A stretch of 64,000 nt of DNA from Phallusia mammillata (Eukaryota). Location of the stretch: positions 18,972,001 to 19,036,000 of the forward strand of contig OZ281497.1 in assembly GCA_965637545.1 (NCBI GenBank), read 5' to 3'. Position 1 is the stretch's first letter. Each line of letters begins with the position of its first letter. The translations under genes and the position numbers were made by a program. Positions 24,816 through 35,645 of the stretch are shown one piece after another. Below the pieces are notes generated by a model. The model was not told the origin of the DNA, made no database searches, and worked only from the letters and a program-made list of their open reading frames with translations.

Positions 24816-25520
24816 ACCTAAACTAAAATTTTGGAAATAGAAATGTTGTCCTAAACAATTAATATTATACCTGCCAAACTAGCATATTTGGGGTCTTCAC
24901 ATGCAAACAATTTTTTTATTGTGTTCAGACTTTTTACAATGGTTGGCAGTTCACAACATTATTTAATGCAACAAGTAAAAAATAAGCAATATTGTAATGT
25001 AATTTGCGAATGACCATAAAAGGGTATTTTTTCACCGTGTTTGTAAAAATACCAATTACAGAGTAGAAAACTAAAAAAAAATCTAACTAGTGTAATTGAG
25101 TTTGATCCTAATAAAACCTTTTGTATGACTTCCTGAACAAATCGCTACCCTGAACAAACTGTTTGTATGACATAAACAAAACATTTTTACTTTGTGTACA
25201 TGTGGGGTTTGGTAGATTGGTCTTCTCTACACCATATTCTAAAGTTACAGTCTGGTAGTATAAATTGTTTTACAGAACTATCTACCGATTTGGGTGTGTT
25301 GACAGTAATCAATAGCAAGAAAATCTAAAAAAATATATACAATTATAACACTTTTCGTTACACGAAAAAAAGTACATGGTTCAGCTAACGTTTTTTAAGT
25401 TCTTGAAAACTTTCATTGCTTGGTGACATGAAACTTATGTACAAAATTTATAAAAAAGCAATAAGCAATGTCATAAAATATGTGTCCAACTAGTGCAATA
25501 CTTATAGGCAGGGAGCAATT

Positions 25521-27252
25521 TTAAACTCTGCCTCTTTTTAAGCTCTTGATAACATTGTTCCAAAACCAGCTATCTTCCAAAACTCTTGTTCTGTCACAGG
25601 CATTGTATCCTCCAAGTATGTTTGGTTCTGTTATGGTTTTGTAAATGACTGGAATGATTTTTTGCATGCGAGAGGCTGTAGAGAAATCATAACAAAATTA
25701 AAAACATGTAAACAATCTGTTCTGATTGTTTATAAGATAGGCAAATTTTAGTGTATAATAGTTCTGTAGTTGTACTTTATATTTTTAAAGATATATTTGT
25801 TACTCACCTGGATCAAGACTTACACCCATATTTAAAGCCCATTGGCTTTCCGGACTTGTCAGAAATTCATTGGATAGTATAATGATCAGTTTGGAACACC
25901 TTTAAAAAAACAAGTGTTTTTTAATTTTGAAAAGTTTCATTTAACAACTATAACAAACATTTAAATTTACTAACCTGCCAATCATTGTGTTAAGTTTGGC
26001 ATGATAAGACTGCACTCCAGCTGTAAGATCACGTTCAGGCAAAAACAGCTTTATCTGTGCATCTACTTCAACTTTGGGTAAAAACTCCTTAAGAATAAAA
26101 TCTTTATCAGCTATGTTGTATAACACGAAGGCATCATATCTTTCTTCTGGTAAGTGTGCTGTAAATAGGCAGTTTATGGTGAATATTTGTTTAACGTTAA
26201 TCAACACAAAACAAACTCACGTGGAATGTCAGTTTTCTGTTGATGATCATAAAATGTACTTGACACAGCACATTCCTGCAGTGGTTCCACAGTTCTGTAT
26301 GAAGGGGCTGGTGACTGATCAAAACGAGCACTAACCAGTGAATTCAGAGGGGGCTCTTTGTAATCCCGCTCTGCAAACAAAGAACAACTAAGTTTTTTTT
26401 ACCATGGGGCAGTTTGTGTGCAAACTATATTTACCAAAACACTCCTGCAGGTCGGTTATAACATCTAGGCGACCAAGTTCTTGCAAAATTTTACAAAGGT
26501 CTCCAACAGTTAAATTTGGCTGCCTGACTTCACATTCATTTAGCACAGCTTGTGTCTTGTATCTGTCTTGTTCAAAATTTTGAATCTGTAACAGAAAAAT
26601 GTAACACATTTTAATGGTCAGGTAAATTAGGTCTGGTGTACAAGACATAAGTCTGGGGCAGGGAACAAAAAAGAATTTGAGCAGTAAAAAGCAAGAACTT
26701 GGCTACTAAGAATATTGGAACAGATAAACTTGCCTGAAGATTGCTAAATCCTAAATAATCTGCCACTGATTTCCAGTTGGGAACTGTGGGTCGGTCTGGA
26801 TCCAAATGTAAACCCAACTGCCGCCGTGTTTCATACCTTAACTTCTTTAAAGGCATACTCATGTAGTCATCAGATGGTCTTCCCATTCCATATGTTGCAA
26901 CTAAGTTTACTTCATCTTTCTTTTCGAGGTTGGTGCTTTGGTCAGAACTCCATGAACCCTCTGGTTGGTTGTAGTATGATGGTGGGGGACTGTGAAGGTG
27001 TGTGCTTGCATCTAATGTTGGCATTGACGTTGCGGACTTCCCACTGTCAAAACCACTTTCTTGTACACCAGCTAGTCGTCTGCCTAATGATGACTGACCA
27101 GCCACATCGGTGTTTGTGCTGTCACATTCAACTGGGGTATCGATGGGAGGCTTTTCATATCCAGATGAAAAGCTTTCCATTTCTTTGCGCTGCATTTGAA
27201 TAGAAGCCATTTCGTCTAAGTCTTCTGGTTGTAACTTCTTTTCCTCAGCCAT
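25521..27252 (-). CDS. MYD88: MyD88 adaptor (N-terminal extension, death domain, TIR), about six exons
   Basis: DD MPLKKLRYETRRQLGLHLD..NWKSVADYLGFSNLQ|IQNFE..TVGDLCKILQELGRLDVI; TIR box1 ERYDAFVLY, RDLTAG, CSKLIIILSNEFLTS, KIIPVIYK, SWFWNNVIKSL; stop TAA 25521. Confidence 0.93.
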
Positions 27253-27620
27253 TCTTTTTCATTGGCTACTTCTAATCTAAAAACTGTTGAACACTATCAG
27301 TTTAGACAAGTAAATGAAATACTAAAACACAAACTCGTTAAGGTAACACCTGTATACTTCTGTTTTAAATTGGCTTTTGAGTCAAGTAAAAAAAATTAAC
27401 AAACAAAAACAGTTAATTCTACGCACTTCAAAACATTTTCTTCAAACTATTGCCTAATTCTAAACTTGTTCCTCATAGCGAAAATGTGTAACAAACGTTC
27501 AATGTGCGCTATTCTAATACCACAAAAATACCCTCTCATTACCAACAGTACATTGAGACAATTTTGGTCCACTTTAAAACAGGCTGAAGCCTGTAGGCGC
27601 TACAGCCTTTTACACGTAAC

Positions 27621-27986
27621 GGGGATTTCTGGCGACTGAATACTTTTGTTTGCGTGTGCGCTGGGGATTTTGGGCTCTATGAAAACGGCGGAACTCATGC
27701 GTCAATCAAACTGTCTCTGGGACCAATACTACTCAATGTCCAATTTCGTTTCATATTAAACGATTCAAATTCCAGCAGCCTGGTGACATAAAAACCTTTC
27801 ACTTCAAACCGTTTAGAAAAGCCGGTTACTGATGTTAAACCTTGAAACCTTATTACTGTTTTTTGGTGAAATCAAACGTAAATGGATAGTAGAACAAAAA
27901 TAGATTTCCAAACCTATGTTGTTGACCGGGGTTTTTGATGGCTTGGGACTTTTAAATGCGGTATTGTGCGCTAAAGGGTTTTCTCC
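27621..27986. promoter_or_regulatory. Cluster of NF-kB/Rel-like sites upstream of MyD88
   Basis: ggggatttct 27621, ggggattttg 27663, ggggtttttg 27928, gggactttta 27945, gggttttctcc 27976; motif match only. Confidence 0.4.
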
Positions 27987-28409
27987 AATCCCCAGAACCA
28001 AATAATTTCAAAATCTGTGGTTAGTCAGTCGTGCACAACTCGGCGATTTATTACTGAGAGAAAACACTAACGTCTAGCTTCAACTACACATTAAATTCGT
28101 GTTTACACAGAAGTGTCCTTCACGGTAATAGGCTCCGGTCATTCGGCAGTTCTATGTTTGTGACTCATCGCCAATCGCTTGGATATTTTTTAGAACCGAA
28201 CTATTTTCAATTATTCAACAAACTTGTGTTGTCCTTTTCCGTTAAGACTAATGTAATCTGCACTTTTTTGATTCGACGCATTGTCGACTGGTAAACATTT
28301 ATTGCGACTCTTTCGACGTGCAACCCACTGCTCCGCAAAAACAACAATAAACACTTTCTACCTCCTTGAAAAATTACGATAAGAGCAGCCACTGATGTAT
28401 GAGCAAAAT

Positions 28410-31401
28410 TTACTTTTTCTTGGACTGTGTAGGAGTATTGAACTTGAAAAATATGATGTCGCCGTCCTCGACGATGTAGGTCTTCCCCTGCTGACGATAT
28501 TTTCCTGCAGCTTTCACGGCTACTTCAGTGCCATGTTCTTTGAAGTCATTGAACTTCATTACCTCTGCCATGATAAAACCCTTTTCGAAATCGGTGTGAA
28601 TTCTTCCGGCGGCTTGTGGGGCCAATGTGTTGCATTTAATGGTCCACGCTTTTACTTCATCCGGGCCTGCAGTGAAGAAGTACTGTAAGCCGAGCTTCTT
28701 GAAACCAGTGACAACTATTTTTCCCAAGGCTGAGGAAACAGCAACATCTTTGTATTCCTGTTTGAGATATTCATCCTTCCCAGCTTCATCCATACCAGCC
28801 AACTTTAAAGAAACATAATTTGGTAAACTTTTAATCCATAACGAACAAAACATTCACCAATATGTATTGCAGTGCAAGCTTATTTTGCCTGTTTCATTAC
28901 TTGCGGACAAAAAATGAATATTTTGCAACACACATATAGTTGCGTCAAAGGTTTTCCACGGCCTTATTTAAAGCTTATAGCTTGCCTGTACGTTAGTTTT
29001 GTTACAAAAATGAGTTTAATATGCTGTCGCTTCATCATTGTTCTTCAAAGGCACGTTAATTTGGCAAATAGTCGCGTACGAAACTTGTAAAGACGTCCAC
29101 TTTTATCTAGCTAGGCAAATTAGCACCACGCGCAGACACGCATCTGATCGTGTGCGATATTGTTGCGATTTAACGTGTCGCTACGATATTGCGATGTCAA
29201 AAATCTTGGCGAAATAACTGCATTTTTAGTTCATGCACAATGAAAGGAACGTACAACGCAACATTTAAAATCAGAGTCGGCTGTAGTCATGACAACGAAT
29301 TACTCTTTCAACTTTCACAAATATTTGTTGAATTCATCTGATTTTTTAAAAAGATTTTTACTCAGTTTGATATGCCAGAAAACTGAAACTAGCTTTACCT
29401 TAAGTTCAAAAGATCCAGAAAAGGGAATAAGTATTGCTGAAGGGTCATTTTCATCAACCCAGGTCTTGATCTTCATCAACCATTTGTTCTTTTTCCTGAT
29501 GTAGTCTTTCTCACTAAGGTTGACAAGGTATATCTTTGTACAAAACAATATCCATGGTTTAATATCACAAAAAAATAAAGTATTACTGTTTTAAAACGAC
29601 TATTTTATCCAGACAAAACACACGACAGAAACTCATTTCTTCTGCCAAACATTTTGTTTCATCTGCATGTTAACATTGCATAAAGAGAATCAAAAGTATA
29701 CCTGTGGCTTTGATGTCAGAAACAGATGTTCATTTAGCACTTCGATTTCCTTTGCTCCGAATTCACCCTGCCTCACTGGCTTTTGTTCATCCACCAAGAT
29801 GTGCTTGATTTTGGTCAGGGTGTCGAACTCCAATTTATACTAACATTAAAACAAGCCAGTTGGTGAAAGTTTTAAACAGAGCCCAATCTCTCAGCCTGTT
29901 CTCAGGTTATTTGTCATAGTTTTCAGAGAAGAAAATTGAAACATGTTTGTATTGTTTTACCAAGCATACTCAATTCAGTATATTACAGTTACGAAGAGTG
30001 AGTTTTCCCCATTGTATTAGTTTTATGTTGCTTAACTTTTGTTACATTGGGACACAAAAATCAAACACAACTCATAAATAAAACACACTATTACAAATAG
30101 CATTGACATCCACCTTTTTCTCACCACCTCTGGTGTAAACCTTTTCCAGTTCTGCAAGGCGTTTGGTGAGATGTTCAACATCTTTCAATCTCAGTTCCTC
30201 CTGGATAATCTCCATGTCCCTGACAGGATTTACCTCACCCTCAACATGCACCACCTGTGAGCAGAATTCCAGCATTGGTAAGGTAACAACTATTTTATTT
30301 ATTACAATAGCTTTCATACAAAAAATAGTGTATCAGCAGTGGTGGGTATCAGTCACCGGTTCTATAGAAACTTCTCACAAAATTTTATAACATCAGCGAA
30401 CTGGTTACTGTCAATGGACTTTTTGTAATAGAACCAGCTGAAAAATATGACTTTTGTGATAGAAACTGCTGACAAAAAATTTGAATCCCACCACTGTGTA
30501 TCCAGTCTGCAGAACATGGCAGTTCCCGACGAGATCTCGCTCGTGCAAGGCCAAGTTCAATAGGCGCAAAGCAAGTAAAAGAGGTCAAAACAGTACAATT
30601 AAATGCCTTTCGTGCGAAATTTCCGCGTGCAACCCCCCGAAATTGGTGTGCAATTTTTTTTTTTCAAAAAATAATCGCGTGTGCAGCTGCCACACTCTGC
30701 AGACTGGCTGTGTATCAGGTTAACTTTCGTGTAATAAAAACATGTCACAATTAGTGTAACAAAAATATGTGACCAAAACATAATAAGTATGATAATAACA
30801 AGTTTAACTATTAAATTACCTCTGCATCATCAAATGCTCTTGTCATATGAAAGATTGCATCACAGCTGCTGATATGTGACAGAAATGCATTGCCTAAACC
30901 TTGACCCTCATTTGCCCCTTTTACCAACCCAGCAATATCAACAACAGATAGAAACGCTGGAACCTAAACATACACAATATTTTTTTTAAAACAACGTTTT
31001 CCGCATACTTAAAGTTGAAGAACAATTTTAATGCGACAAACAATACTATTATTCCAAATGTGTGCATGACATACCTTGCTTGCTGGTTTGTGATGCTTGC
31101 AAAGAAACTCCCATCTTTCATCGGGCACTGGGACTCTACTTTCATTGGGGTCAATAGTACAGAAAGGAAAGTTTTCTGCTGATGCCTGCAATCAAAATTA
31201 ATTGAAGCCACAATGCAATCGTAACAATAATGCTACCAACTGTGCATGATTTTCTTTACATACCTCACTTTTTGTTAGGACATTGAAAAACGTTGACTTT
31301 CCCACATTGGGTAAACCTACAATTCCAATTTTTAGAGATGTTCCCAATCGACCTAAAATTAGCGGCGGTTTCTCAACTTCCTTCTTCTTCTTTGGAGGCA
31401 T
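28410..31401 (-). CDS. OLA1: Obg-like ATPase 1 (YchF/OLA1), multi-exon
   Basis: [107 protein letters not shown]; stop 28410. Confidence 0.97.
30337..30496. mobile_element. hAT MITE, 160 bp (older), in an OLA1 intron
   Basis: Termini cagtggtggg / cccaccactg; TSD tgtatcag at 30329-30336 and 30711-30718 once the second element is removed. Confidence 0.85.
30502..30707. mobile_element. 8-bp-TSD MITE, 206 bp (younger), inserted at the right junction of the previous element
   Basis: Termini ccagtctgcag / ctgcagactgg; perfect TSD ctgtgtat (30494-30501, 30708-30715). Confidence 0.88.
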
Positions 31402-31920
31402 GATATCAAAACTATAGGCTGCTGCTATTTGCTATGATACACTTAACCTGGAACGTGATGCATTAGATAACTAGTTTACAATTGATGACCAAACATGCTC
31501 TGTGTAACAACATCTACCTAAAGTGCAGGAAATAACACAAAAATGCAACAGCTGCGGCTGTTACACAAGTTTGCATTTGGCAACGTTTATAATTCAAGTG
31601 TGACTTGTGACGCATTCGAACACACGCGTGGATTCTCATTTTTACGTACACTTCAAAACATGTTGAGAGCAAAATTCAAGCGTAAAATGAGCAAACTAAT
31701 GTAATTTGTTCTGCTGACTTTTGCAATGTCGACTACACTTTTTAAAATATGGAATTATTTTCGCAAAGACCAAAACAAAATGAACATTGAAAAATAATAC
31801 ATTACCGTTCGCTACATTGGAAATATTTAACAAAAACATAGAAATCGAATTTTTACTTCGTGGGAAAAAGCGAGCATAATTACAAGTGAAAACAGACATA
31901 AAGAAATGATATCAACTAAT

Positions 31921-34899
31921 CTAAGGGCGGGATAGTTTTTCACACAGCGCATAACTTGTACCGATACATGACAAGTCATTCCAGTTTCCTAAGAAGGGTG
32001 TAATTACAGCACATGCCTGTGCGCGACGAAATAGCGACGGTTGTCCTCCTGCCCATTTGCTTTGAGTTCTGGTCAGCTCTTGACCATCCAACCACTTCCA
32101 CGTTTGAGTCGACCTACTGTTGTCGAGTCCGATCCACACATTTTTGTTTGCAGGAAGAATAATAGATTCATAAATAAATCTGCAAAAATACGTGTCGATT
32201 GATAATGTTTGAAAGTTTGCCTGTAACTATGTTAAAACGCCCTAGTTAAGCAAAAATTAAATGTTAGTGGTATCGGAACGCGCATTATAACCGTTATGGT
32301 CATTTTCTAATGTGATACCCTGTGTTATCCAAACTCTAAAGACCTACTTATAAACGTGTGGATTACGCAGACCAATGTATGCGAGATGTCCTTGTTTCGA
32401 AACGCAGGTAACAATAGCGGTGTACCACGTTGATGTGTCTCCAGTCAGCATGTAGGCGTATCCGTTTGGCGCTTGAATCCAGCCTTTGTCTAGCTTTTCT
32501 GCAAATACCTTTTTTGTTACATGTTGTTCAATGGGTCATGTTCAGACCAATGTACACATTTATGTCAACTTACTAGATAATTGTTGTTCACACTGATTGC
32601 TGACATTTCTAGCATGCTGCACAGTCTCGGACAGACTTTGAAGTTGTTTGTTAGATGCTGAAACTCTGGCTGTAATTTGGTTCACCTGTTGTTGATTTGT
32701 TTTCTGCTGAGCAATAAACCGATTTCGCAATAAAGCTACACTGTTGCTCCTGGTAGAACTTTCCTGTGATACCAGATTTCGAATGAATAAACCAAGTTGG
32801 CGCCGTTGGGTTCTCAAATATTGTGTAACGTTGGCAGAATGTTGAAGTCCATTTGTAGTAAGTCTTTGGATCTGGTGTCGAAGCAGAAACGTTTGATTTC
32901 GTGATAAACATTGTTGGTGGATAGCATTGTTCAATATTTGCATCAGTTCATTTAGGTTTTCGGGCCGTAGACGTTTTGTGGGGTCACAGATATCTACATT
33001 TTCTGCTCTTATTTTTTCTGTGGTTCCGATTTTCCCTTTATGGTTCGTCGTTATTGTAAGTTTCTTGTCCAATTGCACTACGCTTTGTTGCAAGAGTGTA
33101 ACATTTGTTTCAAACCGTTCAGTGAGTTTTCCCAGAGCTTCAGCAAGCGTCGAAATGTTATTCTGCCTTATTAAACTTTCGATTCGTGAAACGTTCCTTG
33201 CAAGTTTCACTGCGTGGGAAAGTTGATTTGAATTATGCATTGACCTGTTGGACACCAGTGCGTTAACTGTAATATTAAGCTTTTCTTCTAGTTTCATGTC
33301 AGTTATTTCGTGATGAACCAGCCTTGATACTGTTTGCATCGTCACGTTCGATGACAAGTTAAATTTTCTTTGGAGAGTTTCAATTTTCTCTTCCATGTTT
33401 AAAGAAATCCAGTTTCTTATTGTAAAATTAAAAGCGTGAAGCAAATTTGCTTGTGCTTTTAGTAGCTGTTGCATTTCCAGATTTGAGCTGTTTATCTGTG
33501 CTTCAATGCTTGCAAATCGTTTCGAATCTACCAAACGTTGCTGGGTCATCATTTGGGTCATAATTTCTGTGGTACGATTTTTTAAGAAATCTGTTGTAAA
33601 ATTTTGATCTTCATTAATAATTTGTGTCATACTTTCAAATTCAGTTGACCCCGTTGTAGACTCAACGTCACTTGAATGGTTTCGTAATAATCCTCTGCTA
33701 TTAAAATCGGAATTGTTTACAAGGGCTTTCCTTATCATTTTCTTAACATCCTCAATTAAGTTTGCGGATACATTGGTAACCTCTTGTCTGCTTAATGCTA
33801 CTTCCTTGACAAGTTTGTCCAGTTCACTTCTTGTAGTGCTGTATTGGGCATCCAGGTGGTCTTTCATCGCATTGACATAATCCTTGACATCGAACAAATC
33901 TCGTAATGTGCATCCATTACACTCAGGCCCAAGTGGACTCTTGTGTGTCTTTGGTGTTGTTGTTGAGGCTGTAGATGACCTTGTTCTTTTTTCTGTGCTA
34001 GTTCCGTATTGCAGTCGGATGTCTTGATCCGGCGTCTGCTTGGATGTTCCTGGAGCGAAGTGCCAGATGGAGACAACGACGGAAACAGCGACGACAGACA
34101 TCACGATTGCCACCACCACTATTCTCCAGGATGGTTTTCTCGACAGAAACTTTCTGCTGAAAGGAGCACAAGTTACACTCTCTGCAACGTTAGTAGGTTC
34201 TATGGGGTGTGGTTTATAGCATTAGCGAGTTCAATATAGCCTTCTGTGTAGAAACTATACCATTGTACCCATTCGGAACATTTCCCCTCTAATCTCTTAT
34301 ACCCAAACATACGTCAAACTGTCAAATAGTACTATGAATTGAAACCATCTGTGCATCTGAGCATATTTATCATGTTTAAGCAGGTAGGAAATGTATTTAA
34401 TGACAATTTTATTCTATTGTAGCATAATTAAACTTTTAACAAAAATTACATCAAAATACTCGTCTAAACTCTGATTTAGGCTTCTTTTACATTCAAAAAA
34501 TAATTAGTTACTGCTGTATGTTAACTAAGTTGCAACACAGCAGTCAGACCAAAGCTGTATATGGCAGGGGTCGGCAACCCCTGACACGCTAACTGAGTAA
34601 TATTTTACCCTGTTATACTGCAAAACACTCTGTTTTCTGCTTACTTTTAAGGCCACCTGGCACAAACCACTATTACCCACAAAAATGTCGGCAGGCGGAG
34701 TCATTGCCACATGGAAATAACAAGTCAATCTGCACGCGCCGCTTAAAAGGTTGCCGATCCCTGCTATATGGAATGCACTAAACAGCTGAAATATTGTACA
34801 GGTAATTATATTACTCGTTTACCTCCATCTTTCGGAGTCATTTGTTGCGTTGGATCCCTCGATGTAACTTAAAGTTTCTGTATTGTTTGTAAAATGCAT
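31921..34899 (-). CDS. Type II transmembrane C-type lectin with a ~490-aa stalk/coiled-coil neck, four exons predicted
   Basis: Predicted exon 1 34899-34823 joins in phase 2 to an acceptor at 34156; basic RKFLSRKPSWR then TM IVVVAIVMSVVAVSVVVSIW; long N-sequon-rich neck; CTLD with WIGL, WKW, four Cys and WND; stop 31921. Exon 1 is inferred. Confidence 0.8.
34565..34763. mobile_element. hAT (Charlie-like) MITE, 199 bp, in lectin intron 1
   Basis: Termini caggggtcggcaacc / ggttgccgatccctg; TSD gtatatgg / ctatatgg (7/8); same terminal family as 2773-2993. Confidence 0.85.
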
Positions 34900-35645
34900 A
34901 CTTCGTCCTTGTGCTCTGACATTTCACTATTATATGCAGCCTTTGCGAAAGTTCTGCCCTTATCTATTAATCTTTCCCGGAAGCTTGGTAGTACATGATC
35001 TTCACATGTCTTCAGTGGGAGTTAGCACACGCTGAAATACCATTATCGCGTTGTGGAAAGTCTGTATTGAACCACGAATTACACCACTGTCGCAAAGCTA
35101 CCATATAGATTAACGCTTCGCATTCCATGCACAAGCTCATGTCGGTATGAATGTTTGTAGGGGGGCAAAGGGGAACTGGCTTGGCGCTCACAAACAAAGC
35201 AACAATGTATCAAAAATGTTGGTTCGGACGAATCAAGTGAAGAACTTTTCAACGATGAAGAACTACGACAGAAAGTTTTTAATGTTTGCCGCCGAACGCT
35301 CAGCGGCCCGTGTCAAACAATACAAAGAGGCGTACAAGACAGGATAATATTAAACAAGTCAACACGTTTGCGAGTAATACTTGATTTGAGCGACATAAAA
35401 AATAAACAATAACTTACATTAAAAATTAAAACAACAATACATAAAAAAAACAATATGTTTCTGTTTTACAAACAACAAAAATATAAGAACAACTGTGCAA
35501 GTGAAACGATTTCTAGAGATGGCCGTCGCTCGTCGACCAACCACCGCCCTCGGTCACCCTGGAACCGAAAGCCTTCTTACCCCGAAAGCTGATTTACAGT
35601 GCCAAATACATACGATCCCATTGGGATCCCTCAAGTGGCGTAAGA

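Noticed and set aside
26826-27203. Plus-strand 125-aa ORF (and similar antisense ORFs over OLA1, ABCA and the lectin)
   Set aside because: Antisense shadows of real exons
29000-29290. CpG-rich stretch in the last OLA1 intron as a snoRNA or MITE
   Set aside because: No C/D or H/ACA boxes, TIRs or TSD recognised
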